From: Thermoproteota archaeon
Lineage (GTDB): Archaea > Thermoproteota > Thermoprotei_A > Sulfolobales > Pyrodictiaceae
Reading direction: 5' to 3'
Assembly: GCA_040514325.1 (NCBI GenBank)
Contig: JBEVCG010000059.1
Coordinates: 1,718-65,717, forward strand
Length of the DNA: 64,000 nt
In this document: one piece after another, positions 47,750-56,423 of the stretch
Layout: each line of letters begins with the position of its first letter
Numbering within the stretch: the first letter of the stretch is position 1
Translations under genes and position numbers: made by a program
Notes under the pieces: generated by a model
Seen by the model: the letters and a program-made list of their open reading frames with translations, nothing else
Database searches by the model: none
What the model was told of the DNA's origin: nothing

Positions 47750-48501
47750 CCTACCCTTACTGTGTATACAACCCGCCTTCTATGTTTACCGCGCGAATCC
47801 ACCGTAACGTCCTCAGCGCTCACATCGATTCTGAGCGTTCCTCGGTAAACTCGCTTCAGCTCTCTAAGTATCCTTGATGCTGCTGCCTTGCTGGAGAGGT
47901 ATATGTCGGCACCATTCTTGTGCTCAACTATATCGATTATCGATTTGGCTACATTCGCGCTTTCGTCAAGGACAGGCAACAAGCTGCGTGCCAGCTCACG
48001 AACGGGGATCCCACGCACCCTCACGAGGACCTTGTGGTCCCCGCTCCTAGCCACCTTGCACGAAGGGCACACAACAGGATTGAGCCTTATTGTCACCTTC
48101 TTGGATAATTTGATTTCTTTGTCAAATCCTTTTAGCTTTACTTTAAAGTTGATGGAAAGCTGCGAGCGCCATGAGGGGTCTGTTAGGTATTCATAGCCCA
48201 ATATGCCGTACGACTCTACATAGTCGGAACATCTCCTTGCGGGAAGGTAGTGAAGAACGTAGTTGTCAATAGCGTCACGAAAATCGCCCCCTGGCATCCA
48301 CCTGTGACCCACCCGAATGGCGCCACAAAATTTGCAATAATCCACCGACAAGTTCTCACTTATGCAAACCAGATCGTGTGTTTCCATAAAGCAGCTAATA
48401 CAAATGAAGCCTAACCTTACCTCAGAGGCCGTGAGTGGGCGACCACACCGTATGCATACGGACATGCTACCTTTTCCGGGCACGTACATTTGCAAGAGCA
48501 C
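47746..48501 (-). CDS. NMD3-family protein (archaeal homolog of the 60S export adaptor)
   Basis: 251-aa ORF with an N-terminal CIRCG...CISC...CKFCG Cys-cluster array followed by a beta-rich domain and a further CPSC, as in COG1499/NMD3. Confidence 0.6.
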   Translation of the reverse strand: MLLQMYVPGKGSMSVCIRCGRPLTASEVRLGFICISCFMETHDLVCISENLSVDYCKFCGAIRVGHRWMPGGDFRDAIDNYVLHYLPARRCSDYVESYGILGYEYLTDPSWRSQLSINFKVKLKGFDKEIKLSKKVTIRLNPVVCPSCKVARSGDHKVLVRVRGIPVRELARSLLPVLDESANVAKSIIDIVEHKNGADIYLSSKAAASRILRELKRVYRGTLRIDVSAEDVTVDSRGKHRRRVVYTVRVG

Positions 48502-48649
48502 CTTGTAGACTATATAGTAGGACTTTCGTGGCAGTACTTATCTGATCCCCCTTCCCGCAAACGTCTGGGCTGGGCTTTCTACCCGACGCTAAAGCGGCGA
48601 CAACGTTAAAACGTCCTCGTCTCTGCCGAAAAGTCCGGCGATTAGAACA

Positions 48650-48711
48650 AACGTGATGAGATAGACCCGGTCAGAGTGTCACGCTATGATGTATCCTAGT
48701 CCAGCTGATTG
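48650..48711 (+). ncRNA. box C/D sRNA candidate
   Basis: GUGAUGA (C, 48653-48659), 12 nt, CAGA (D'-like, 48672-48675), 10 nt, AUGAUGU (C', 48686-48692), 12 nt, CUGA (D, 48705-48708). It is intergenic. Confidence 0.6.
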
Positions 48712-48797
48712 CCTAGGGCTCTAGTATATAATGCTTAGAGCTGAGTCTTACCTGCTCAACACCTCAATCTATACCCACTGCTGCAGAGAGGTGTTTT

Positions 48798-49307
48798 ATG
48801 GGAGCAGCTTTGTATGCAGAGGCGGAGGACGTAAGTCTTAGAGCAGTTCATAGCTTTCCGGGAGTTGACAAACGGATTAGCCTACTTGAACTCGTTGAAG
48901 ATGCCGTGTACTTTGCATCAGTGTACAGTATGCTAGCTAGGCTCGGACTAAAGTGCGGGGCATGTTTGGAAGAATATTACGAAACTTTGGCCAAAATCGT
49001 CCAGCTAAGCGAGCTCCCCTACTACGAAAATGCAGCATACTATGCAAGTTTGAAGACGCGCGCACCTCCAGAGGTGGTTGATGAGCTAGGCGAGGAGGGA
49101 TTTCATCAATTGCTGGAGTACTTGCTTAATGGGGGTACAAGGAGGGAGAACCTAGCTGAGGTGGTAATGGAGCTGTCAGATATGCTAAAGAGCGGCGAGG
49201 AGCTGAAGAACTATATTGAAGAGGCTATCAGGAAGGATGATGTCAATCTCCTAAAAGCTGTGGGCTTGCTTATGTTAGCAATTCCTCCAAGAGCTGGTGA
49301 GACATGA
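48798..49307 (+). CDS. hypothetical helical protein
   Basis: 169-aa ORF whose stop overlaps the next ATG (ATGA). No motif recognised. Confidence 0.5.
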   Translation: MGAALYAEAEDVSLRAVHSFPGVDKRISLLELVEDAVYFASVYSMLARLGLKCGACLEEYYETLAKIVQLSELPYYENAAYYASLKTRAPPEVVDELGEEGFHQLLEYLLNGGTRRENLAEVVMELSDMLKSGEELKNYIEEAIRKDDVNLLKAVGLLMLAIPPRAGET

Positions 49308-49645
49308 AGAGGGGAGGTGTACGTTTAAACGCTCTTATCGAAAAACTCGTTGAGGTTGTCCTAAGAGGAGCCGCAGGTATGAAATACGATGACAGCGTGC
49401 TTCCTACAGCGCTCAGAGAACGCATACCTAATCTGATCTCCCGGATAGCAACCCAGCTTCGTGAGGACAGCAACGGGATACTAAGGTGCAAGGTATGCGG
49501 ACGAGGACCTTTCACGAAGCGTGGCTTCTACCTCCACGCTAAACGCATCCATAGCGACTATGTATCTGAGCTTGTAAGGGAGGAGATAGAAGGTATCGTA
49601 TGGGAAGCCAAGCTGGGCAGCGATAGAGGGCGCGACGCTGGTTAG
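49304..49645 (+). CDS. classical C2H2 zinc-finger protein
   Basis: 113-aa ORF with CKVCGRGPFTKRGFYLHAKRIH, an exact C-x2-C-x12-H-x4-H pattern. Confidence 0.6.
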   Translation: MKRGGVRLNALIEKLVEVVLRGAAGMKYDDSVLPTALRERIPNLISRIATQLREDSNGILRCKVCGRGPFTKRGFYLHAKRIHSDYVSELVREEIEGIVWEAKLGSDRGRDAG

Positions 49646-49670
49646 GCATGGTGGACTAATGCACAATGGG

Positions 49671-49727
49671 CTCTCAGTAGGGGTGGAGCACGCTCATCAA
49701 ATCGCATTTGGAGTCTCTCATCACTAG
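49671..49727 (-). ncRNA. box C/D sRNA candidate (atypical spacing)
   Basis: Minus strand: GUGAUGA (C, 49718-49724), 12 nt, GCGA (D'-like), 1 nt, UUGAUGA (C'), 16 nt, CUGA (D, 49674-49677). The second spacer is longer than the usual 12 nt. Confidence 0.35.
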
Positions 49728-49795
49728 CTCCACGATACGCCTTATCTGGCCTCTAGAAATAAAGTTTGCAAGATACGTAGGAATTGCCTTACCCC

Positions 49796-50275
49796 TCACT
49801 TCTCCAAGTCGCTGTTGAGCATGATTATACGTGGCCCTCGATCCGTTATCAGCATGAGACCTTGCACGTCGTCCTCAACTTCCACTTTACCGGCGAACAC
49901 GTAGTAGTTTCCTCGCACCTTGTACCTCTTCCCATTAGAGATGGAGCCCTGAGCATCATTCAACGAGCTTTTGCTGAGCAGGACAACCTCCTTCAGCAAG
50001 GCAGGCACAGGATAAAGGAGTGTAAGCGATCCTCTAAGGGTGCTAATAATGCTGAACTCCTCCGCCTTACCCTCTACGCTTCTTTTAACAATCATAACAT
50101 AGTTGGGCGTATTCTTGTACCTCTCCTTCAGCTCAGCCACCACGTCTATTATGTCCTCATCCAATGATCTTTCTTCAACCCGTTCAAGCGTAAGGGCTGT
50201 TAGCCTCACTTTCTTTCCTAGGCTAAGCTCGACCTCTCGGTAGTATTCTATTATGATTGGAGGCAGAGCGTGCAC
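49796..50275 (-). CDS. hypothetical protein
   Basis: 159-aa ORF. No motif recognised. Confidence 0.45.
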   Translation of the reverse strand: MHALPPIIIEYYREVELSLGKKVRLTALTLERVEERSLDEDIIDVVAELKERYKNTPNYVMIVKRSVEGKAEEFSIISTLRGSLTLLYPVPALLKEVVLLSKSSLNDAQGSISNGKRYKVRGNYYVFAGKVEVEDDVQGLMLITDRGPRIIMLNSDLEK

Positions 50276-50451
50276 CCCCTCTGTCCTGCTGTGTTACCTA
50301 CATTTTAGTGTTGCTTGAGCAGGTTTACATTGACGCAGAGGTTTTCACAGCTGTTTAGCAGAGAAGGGGAAAGCGTCTGAGGGCTAGCATCGATGCTTTT
50401 CTCCCATAAGATTGGGAAAAGAAGCAATGAAGAAGCAGCTTTATAGCAGCT

Positions 50452-50955
50452 CTATCTCTTGTAACCAATCTTCCTCAGAAATGATCGCCTCTCCGCTATA
50501 TCTTCGTCACCCTCAACACCTAATGGCGTGTACCCGTCTACGACACCTAATACTGCACGCCCCTGATTAGTCTCTGCGACTATAACCTGCAGCGGATTAG
50601 CCGTTGCCGCATAGATAGTGACAACCTCCTGCACGTTCTTAATCGCGTTTAGCACGTTGATAGGCCAGGCGTCTCGAATGTAGATCACGAAGAGGTGGCC
50701 AGCACCTATCTTCTTGGCCGTTTCTATGGCTGCTTTCCTTAGCTCTTCATCATTACCTTCGTGGCGTATGAGCCTCTTCTGGCTAGCTTCACAAAACGCC
50801 AATCCAAATCTTATATTTGGTACACTTGTTACTAACGCCTCATACAGATCTTCCACTGTTTTTATAAAATGTGCATGACCTATGATGATGTTAGCACCCT
50901 CCGGTATGCTTACATCCACGACTTCAATACGTATACCTCCAGACGACGTAGACAT
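50452..50955 (-). CDS. adenosine-specific kinase family protein (PAE2307-like)
   Basis: 167-aa [50 protein letters not shown] and IGYK match my recollection of this conserved archaeal family. Confidence 0.65.
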   Translation of the reverse strand: MSTSSGGIRIEVVDVSIPEGANIIIGHAHFIKTVEDLYEALVTSVPNIRFGLAFCEASQKRLIRHEGNDEELRKAAIETAKKIGAGHLFVIYIRDAWPINVLNAIKNVQEVVTIYAATANPLQVIVAETNQGRAVLGVVDGYTPLGVEGDEDIAERRSFLRKIGYKR

Positions 50956-51117
50956 GCATAACCACCCTTTCCCATCTATGCCTCTAAGAGAATATAGTGG
51001 ATAGACAGAAATCGTATTTTATTGTATCTTGCTCCCTAGCCACAGATAGCCTCATAACGGGATCCACATAGGATATAGCAGGTTACAGCAAGGCTGGAAA
51101 GTATGAGGTGATGGGAT

Positions 51118-51525
51118 GTGGGCAAAAGGAAGGATTTCCTCAGACACATAGTAAATTACATCCTTGCGTCAACTGATGTACCTAGACAAGTAGCCGAGGA
51201 CATCAAAAGGCTCGTAGGCAAAGCCGAAGATAAATACAAGTTTGACGCGTTTTCCGGCAATCCGCAGATGCTGGCCGCCTACCTAAGAAGCACGGACTTT
51301 GATGATGTAATAGCAGCAGCTAGGTCAGATACCAGTGGAAGGGCAATAAAGGCGCTTAAAGCAATACTGGAAGAAGCGATGCAAGCTTACGCCGATTTGA
51401 GCGACGTAGTTAGTGCGATTAAGCAGCGCCTATCGGAACTAAAAGACCAGGCAGACGACAGAGACGACAGAGCATCTCAACCAAAGGACAAAAGTCTGGC
51501 TACAACCCCTCTAAATACCGAGTAA
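51118..51525 (+). CDS. hypothetical helical protein
   Basis: 135-aa ORF with a GTG start. Its 3' end overlaps the convergent oxidoreductase gene by 49 nt. Confidence 0.4.
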   Translation: MGKRKDFLRHIVNYILASTDVPRQVAEDIKRLVGKAEDKYKFDAFSGNPQMLAAYLRSTDFDDVIAAARSDTSGRAIKALKAILEEAMQAYADLSDVVSAIKQRLSELKDQADDRDDRASQPKDKSLATTPLNTE

Positions 51526-52511
51526 ATAAATCTTGCAACGTCAACATAGCCTCGAACATTGCCACCCAGCCACTTCTTCAGCATATGGGTGGAGAGGGAC
51601 GACATGGCCCACGCAAGCATAGGTTGAGGCATACTGCGCGAAATCCTTATTAAGACGTTATGTGCAGCGACTTCCCTTCTAACGTCTTTTAGAACCCGCA
51701 TAGCCCAATCCACGTTCTTGCCAGCACCACCTAAAAGGTGGGAAGCAGCAATCGCCGTTAAAACTGCCGGCCGTATACCTTCACCACCCAAGCTTAGAAC
51801 GTAGCCCCCAGCTTCCCCCACGCTCAGTATGTTACCCTTCCTTGGACGGATCCTAGGAGCTATATTGACTATAGAGAACCTGCCATCGCGAAAGCCTCCA
51901 TGAATCTTCAGATGCTTTCTTAGCACCCTTGTTGCGATATGCTTGGGATTGCTAACGCCCACAAAACCGCCACCCACGTTAATCTCATCTCCGTGCGGGA
52001 AAGCCCACACGAGACCTATCGAACGCCCCCCATTGATGAACATCACTGCAGTATTGGGGTCGATATCGCCACGAGCCCTGCTGTAAGCACGCCACACAAC
52101 AACCGGTATTCCAGGCATCGCATAAGGGCCCCTAGCATCTATGACGAGATCGTGGGAGGATACCAACTTCTTTGGATGTACGCCATGCACCCTAAGCTCC
52201 AGGCCTTCACGAAGCCTATTTACCCACTCAGACTTGTCAATTGACACCCAAATGGGATCGCGAAACGCAGCTTTCGCGATAGTTGCCCCATTTATGTCGT
52301 ACAGAACAAAGCTGGATATCTTGTTTAGAATTTGGGGTTCCTCTATTCGGTGGGTCCTAAGGACCTCAAGTGTCGAAATAGGCGTAACCTCCCCGCAAGG
52401 CTTAGAATAGCGCCTAGCCAGGTCATAAACTTCGATAGAAAAGCCCGCTTTGTCCAGCAGCTGCGCTACGATAGCTCCAGACACGCCTGCTCCTACCACA
52501 GACACTTTCAA
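51477..52511 (-). CDS. FAD-dependent oxidoreductase, short geranylgeranyl-reductase-like paralog
   Basis: 344-aa ORF with an N-terminal KVSVVGAGVSGAIVAQLL Rossmann motif, CGE and VGEAGG motifs similar to the GGR family. Confidence 0.7.
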   Translation of the reverse strand: MKVSVVGAGVSGAIVAQLLDKAGFSIEVYDLARRYSKPCGEVTPISTLEVLRTHRIEEPQILNKISSFVLYDINGATIAKAAFRDPIWVSIDKSEWVNRLREGLELRVHGVHPKKLVSSHDLVIDARGPYAMPGIPVVVWRAYSRARGDIDPNTAVMFINGGRSIGLVWAFPHGDEINVGGGFVGVSNPKHIATRVLRKHLKIHGGFRDGRFSIVNIAPRIRPRKGNILSVGEAGGYVLSLGGEGIRPAVLTAIAASHLLGGAGKNVDWAMRVLKDVRREVAAHNVLIRISRSMPQPMLAWAMSSLSTHMLKKWLGGNVRGYVDVARFIYSVFRGVVARLLSFG

Positions 52512-52528
52512 GACGACACTCCTCTTAG

Positions 52529-53023
52529 ATGAGGGCTATAAGCGAAATTAGCGCTGACCGTTGCACGTTGCAGTGCTTACGCCGTTCCAGAGTACCTATC
52601 GGAAGGCAGAAAAACCGTTATGGTTCCTACCTATGTGTAGAGGTGGCAGAAAGAGCCGCCATCTTGTCTCGTAGACATAAATTAGACGCAGTTAGAGGTG
52701 ACTTTCCCGTGTCGGGCTCTCGGATCTCGAACGAAGATCTAGAAAAGGTGCTTAGGGAAAGTGAGGAAACTGCAAGAAGAGATCCAAAAGCTCGCTGGAT
52801 ATCTAGGATGATGCAGAGCGCAAAACAATATCATAAGCTCTGTCCCTACTACGACAAGAGAACGACAAAATGCTTCCTGCTACTAGGCGGAAAATGCAAC
52901 AGGGACGGAAGATTCGATGGATGTCCCGTATTCATGGACTGGCTCTCACAGAAGTACGACGAGCTCAAATCCAAGGGAAGGCAGCTTCCTATGGACTTCT
53001 TAGATTTAACCCTAGCAGTTTAG
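52529..53023 (+). CDS. hypothetical protein with C-terminal Cys cluster
   Basis: 164-aa ORF. The convincing part is the C-terminal about 100 aa (possible GTG start near 52712), with CPYYDKRTTKCFLLLGGKCNRDGRFDGCPVF. Confidence 0.4.
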   Translation: MRAISEISADRCTLQCLRRSRVPIGRQKNRYGSYLCVEVAERAAILSRRHKLDAVRGDFPVSGSRISNEDLEKVLRESEETARRDPKARWISRMMQSAKQYHKLCPYYDKRTTKCFLLLGGKCNRDGRFDGCPVFMDWLSQKYDELKSKGRQLPMDFLDLTLAV

Positions 53024-53067
53024 CGGCAAGCTTGAATAAGCTGCAGCTATACGCTAAAGACGAACAA

Positions 53068-53129
53068 GCGGGGATGATAGCAAAAGCCTCTGCTGAATAA
53101 TCCGTGAAGACGCTTTAGGCCGCTGACCC
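53068..53129 (+). ncRNA. box C/D sRNA candidate
   Basis: GGGAUGA (C, 53071-53077), 15 nt, CUGA (53093-53096), 7 nt, GUGAAGA (C', 53104-53110), 12 nt, CUGA (D, 53123-53126). It lies between convergent genes. Confidence 0.45.
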
Positions 53130-53130
53130 C

Positions 53131-53520
53131 CTACGTTTGATTTTCAACTATTTTCTTGAGATTAACGTAAACTTCATACATGGTTTCTCTTATACCTCCG
53201 GGAACTTTTCCCAAGGATACTAGCTCCGGATAGTACCTGTCAAGGACGTTGTATGCTTTGACTATATCATGCCATCCAGGCTCTTCCTTGCAGACAAAGC
53301 CGGATAAGCTATTAAACATCTGCAGTAACTTATCAACTTCATTGGCGAGGCTGGAGATTCTCCTCTTGAGGTAATGTTCGCTTTCAGAGCTGGCATCGAA
53401 CGACCTCAAGAAGGTTCTATAATGCTCCTGGTATTTCTCCAAAATGCGGACTGCCGCTTCGATAAGCCCGCATACACGGAGCAGCGTAAGCTTGACGTTA
53501 AAGCTTTTCTCATTATCCAT
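53131..53520 (-). CDS. hypothetical helical protein
   Basis: 129-aa ORF. No motif recognised. Confidence 0.45.
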   Translation of the reverse strand: MDNEKSFNVKLTLLRVCGLIEAAVRILEKYQEHYRTFLRSFDASSESEHYLKRRISSLANEVDKLLQMFNSLSGFVCKEEPGWHDIVKAYNVLDRYYPELVSLGKVPGGIRETMYEVYVNLKKIVENQT

Positions 53521-53727
53521 TTTGCGGCCCGCCCAAGAGAACCCTGTAGAGATCGACTTCTATATAAGCGGTATCAGAACGCAGTTAGCATTGTTAGCCA
53601 CAGCGAGATCCCTTCCGTAATTATAAATTGCGGCAACTGAGTTAGAATCTGCAACACAACGTTACATTAAAAGAATGTTTTATATAAGGGTAACTTTTAC
53701 AAGCAATAGTACTCACGGAGACGCGTC

Positions 53728-54036
53728 TTGAGCTCGCGAGGCCGCGTTCCAAATGTTACTAGAGCGGGGAGCGACGTTTACATATACAACAACATAGCTC
53801 TGGACAAGCTCTATGAAGACGAAGAAGTGATAGTTGTCGTGGCACCCAACGAAGATCAGCTGAAGGATATAATACTGCAGCTCCTTAGGGAGAAACCAAG
53901 AACGGTGAAGGAGATTCACGAGATCCTCTCTGGTCTCGCCAGCGAGGATAAGATACGCTATGCTCTAAACAAGCTGGCAGAAGAGGGTAGAGTTGAAAAC
54001 GACGACGAGGGACGCTACTACGCGTACTACCTGTAG
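53728..54036 (+). CDS. small winged-HTH protein
   Basis: 102-aa ORF with a non-ATG start. The C-terminal 60 aa, LKDIILQLLREKPRTVKEIHEILSGLASEDKIRYALNKLAEEGRV, is wHTH-like. A TTTTATATAAGG box lies about 40 nt upstream. Confidence 0.5.
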   Translation: MSSRGRVPNVTRAGSDVYIYNNIALDKLYEDEEVIVVVAPNEDQLKDIILQLLREKPRTVKEIHEILSGLASEDKIRYALNKLAEEGRVENDDEGRYYAYYL

Positions 54037-54293
54037 ACACCGACTCGGTAGATACCCGTCGCTTAGTGTTTTTGACAAGAAAACATAGTGAGGTATAACA
54101 TTGCCCTCAGTCCACTGTTGTCCTCTCCTGGACTAATGGAAGCTAAACAATCAAGCTGCAGAAGGACTGAACGCGTATTAAACTGCTAATGTGTCTAAAC
54201 GGGGAAGCCGGAGGGTGATTCCAGCTGCCGTGTCCCTGGTTCAGAGGAGGGCTTTGCACATCACCAAAGCTTAACCAGCCAACGGACAATATA

Positions 54294-54641
54294 GTGAGCC
54301 CTTCGAGGTGCCTAGCTGACGAGGCAACATACAGAGTCTGCACCTACTACCAGGATCCGCAGGAGAGGAGGGAGAGAAAGAGCATAATCGATATCACGTC
54401 AAAGCCTAGCCTGGTTCAGTCTCTACGTCCTTATGCACCTATACACCTCCTAAGCGAAAAACCACCATCAAAGTGCACACACATGGAAATTTACAGCTAT
54501 AGCGGAGGATACCTAGCTTTTTGTAAAGTGCTGGGTAGGCTGCTCACAAGATCTGAGGCAAAGCTGTGCGCGCCGTTCTATCAAACTTGCCCGCTCTACC
54601 GTTTCCAGGCGAGAAGGAGCGAGGCAGCAAGCTACTCATGA
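54294..54641 (+). CDS. hypothetical Cys-rich protein
   Basis: 115-aa ORF with a GTG start and CTYY ... C-x14-C-x13-C-x6-CPLY, loosely echoing the Cys cluster of the 52529 ORF. Confidence 0.35.
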   Translation: MSPSRCLADEATYRVCTYYQDPQERRERKSIIDITSKPSLVQSLRPYAPIHLLSEKPPSKCTHMEIYSYSGGYLAFCKVLGRLLTRSEAKLCAPFYQTCPLYRFQARRSEAASYS

Positions 54642-54740
54642 GAAGCCGCTTCTGAAGCTTGCAGCTGCTTTAAAATGCACTCGACGCAGTTATCGTCTTT
54701 TCTCTAGTAGTATAATAAGTTTAAGTGTTTAGAACCAAAC

Positions 54741-55859
54741 TTAGTATATTCTGTATCTCAAGATGCCTACCAGCCCTTTAAACGTCTTCCTTATCCACTC
54801 GGCTTCAGGAATATCATCGCTTAAGATATAGACCACCGTGCTATACTTCTCAGCCTTCTCTATGATCTGCTCAACATCTTCGCGTGATTCATCTACTATT
54901 AGTGCTTTCAGCGCACCCATTTCTAGCGCACTCTTAACGTTATCCTCACCATATATGGCCAGACCGTCGTCCTTCGCTAAGTGAAGCTTAAACTCCTCTA
55001 TCACCTTAACGAGATCAGCGTATTTGTTCCTTCGTATAAAATCTGAAGACTTTATTACAAGCTCTCGTAGGCCGGCCTCACCTTGGTATGCAACGTCTAC
55101 GAGAACTCTTTCTATTTTGTTTAGCACGCGGTAATCGAGAAACTCCTTAGCGGCGTCCTCCAAGAAGTCCTGCTTAGCGTAGCCGGGGCCACCTATTATT
55201 ATGGATTTAAGCATGTTCTTTTCAATTAGCGGAAGGAAGTGCTTGTTCATAGCATCTGCTACCTCCTTGTAGAAGCCGCGCACGAACTGCTCAATCTGCC
55301 TGTCGAAACGGCGCTGGCTCTGTCCCCCCCTATGGTGCTTTCCGGGCACATAACCTTCAAGCTCCTCAAGCACAACTATTCTGCTCCCCTTTAGAAGCCC
55401 TATCGTAGCTTGATCCCGCTCTATGATCACTAGGCCGAACACTTCCTCTGATTCAAGCATTTCCTCGAGGAACTCTGTGTGGAAGAACTTGTCGGTTCTG
55501 TAGAAGAATATCGGAACAGGCTCCGGCGGGGAGAAGACGTAGCATATAAAGTCCTTAGTCTCCATATCCTCGCCGCAGAATAACACAAGCCCGTTTTCTG
55601 GAAGCTTTGGGATCATGGAAAGCCTATCCATAGCTGCTGCAAGAGCTCTTTGAACAGCATCGCGAGTCCTTTTCAGCTTTATATTATCGGTTATGGAGTA
55701 CTCTGTCCTAAGGAGGGACATGACATCACTTATGGGACGGCCTGGTGGTATGTACAAGCTTAAGAGAACTGTTGCTGGTGCTTTCCATTTCTTCAGCTCT
55801 CTAACGATCTTTTTTAGGGTTCTTTTATCAACCACAAGCTTTTCTTCAAGGCTACTCAT
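54741..55859 (-). CDS. prf1: peptide chain release factor aRF1
   Basis: 372-aa ORF with GGQ (HHRGGQSQRRF), an NIK-containing loop (TDNIKLKRT) and eRF1 three-domain length. Confidence 0.9.
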   Translation of the reverse strand: MSSLEEKLVVDKRTLKKIVRELKKWKAPATVLLSLYIPPGRPISDVMSLLRTEYSITDNIKLKRTRDAVQRALAAAMDRLSMIPKLPENGLVLFCGEDMETKDFICYVFSPPEPVPIFFYRTDKFFHTEFLEEMLESEEVFGLVIIERDQATIGLLKGSRIVVLEELEGYVPGKHHRGGQSQRRFDRQIEQFVRGFYKEVADAMNKHFLPLIEKNMLKSIIIGGPGYAKQDFLEDAAKEFLDYRVLNKIERVLVDVAYQGEAGLRELVIKSSDFIRRNKYADLVKVIEEFKLHLAKDDGLAIYGEDNVKSALEMGALKALIVDESREDVEQIIEKAEKYSTVVYILSDDIPEAEWIRKTFKGLVGILRYRIY

Positions 55860-55904
55860 TAGCCTTAACCCGCCCGAAGTTTTCCTTATCGCCTCCTAAT
55901 ATGT

Positions 55905-56333
55905 TTGAATGGAAAGTACACCGGTATTACTTCCTCCCTGAACTTCAATAATCGCGTTTTACAGTACAATATAAAAGAAGGTTTGGGGCGGAAGGCCTTG
56001 GCAGACCTAGTGCTCTTTCGGGGCTACGGGCTACTTAGCGATTACCTGGGAAAGGTTGTACGAGAAGCGCTGAACGTCTTGCGCGACAGCGGCATTTTCT
56101 TAGAGGTTACGGAAGTTCGGGTGCCTATACTAGATGGAGAGGATGGGTTCTTTCCTACCTTGATGCTTGATGGAAGGGAGCTGGAGTTGGCCATGGTTCG
56201 GGCAAATGGAGAGGCGCTTGCAAACATCATTCTCCAGAGCTTGAACAACGAGAAAATTCTAATTGATTTGTTAAACTTGAACTTAATGTCTTCCGTGCAG
56301 CAAAGGCATGCAATTCAGGCTGATGCATATTGA
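55905..56333 (+). CDS. hypothetical protein
   Basis: 142-aa ORF with a non-ATG start, divergent from prf1. No motif recognised. Confidence 0.35.
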   Translation: MNGKYTGITSSLNFNNRVLQYNIKEGLGRKALADLVLFRGYGLLSDYLGKVVREALNVLRDSGIFLEVTEVRVPILDGEDGFFPTLMLDGRELELAMVRANGEALANIILQSLNNEKILIDLLNLNLMSSVQQRHAIQADAY

Positions 56334-56383
56334 ACCAACATCTGCGTATTCTACGCATCATTTTAATGTCAAATACTATCACC

Positions 56384-56396
56384 TTTTTATATTTTT
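56384..56396 (+). promoter_or_regulatory. TATA box for the 56424 ORF
   Basis: TTTTTATATTTTT centred about 34 nt upstream of the ATG at 56424, compatible with a leaderless or short-leader mRNA. Confidence 0.35.
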
Positions 56397-56423
56397 CAGG
56401 CATTTATTGGAAAAACTCTTTAA

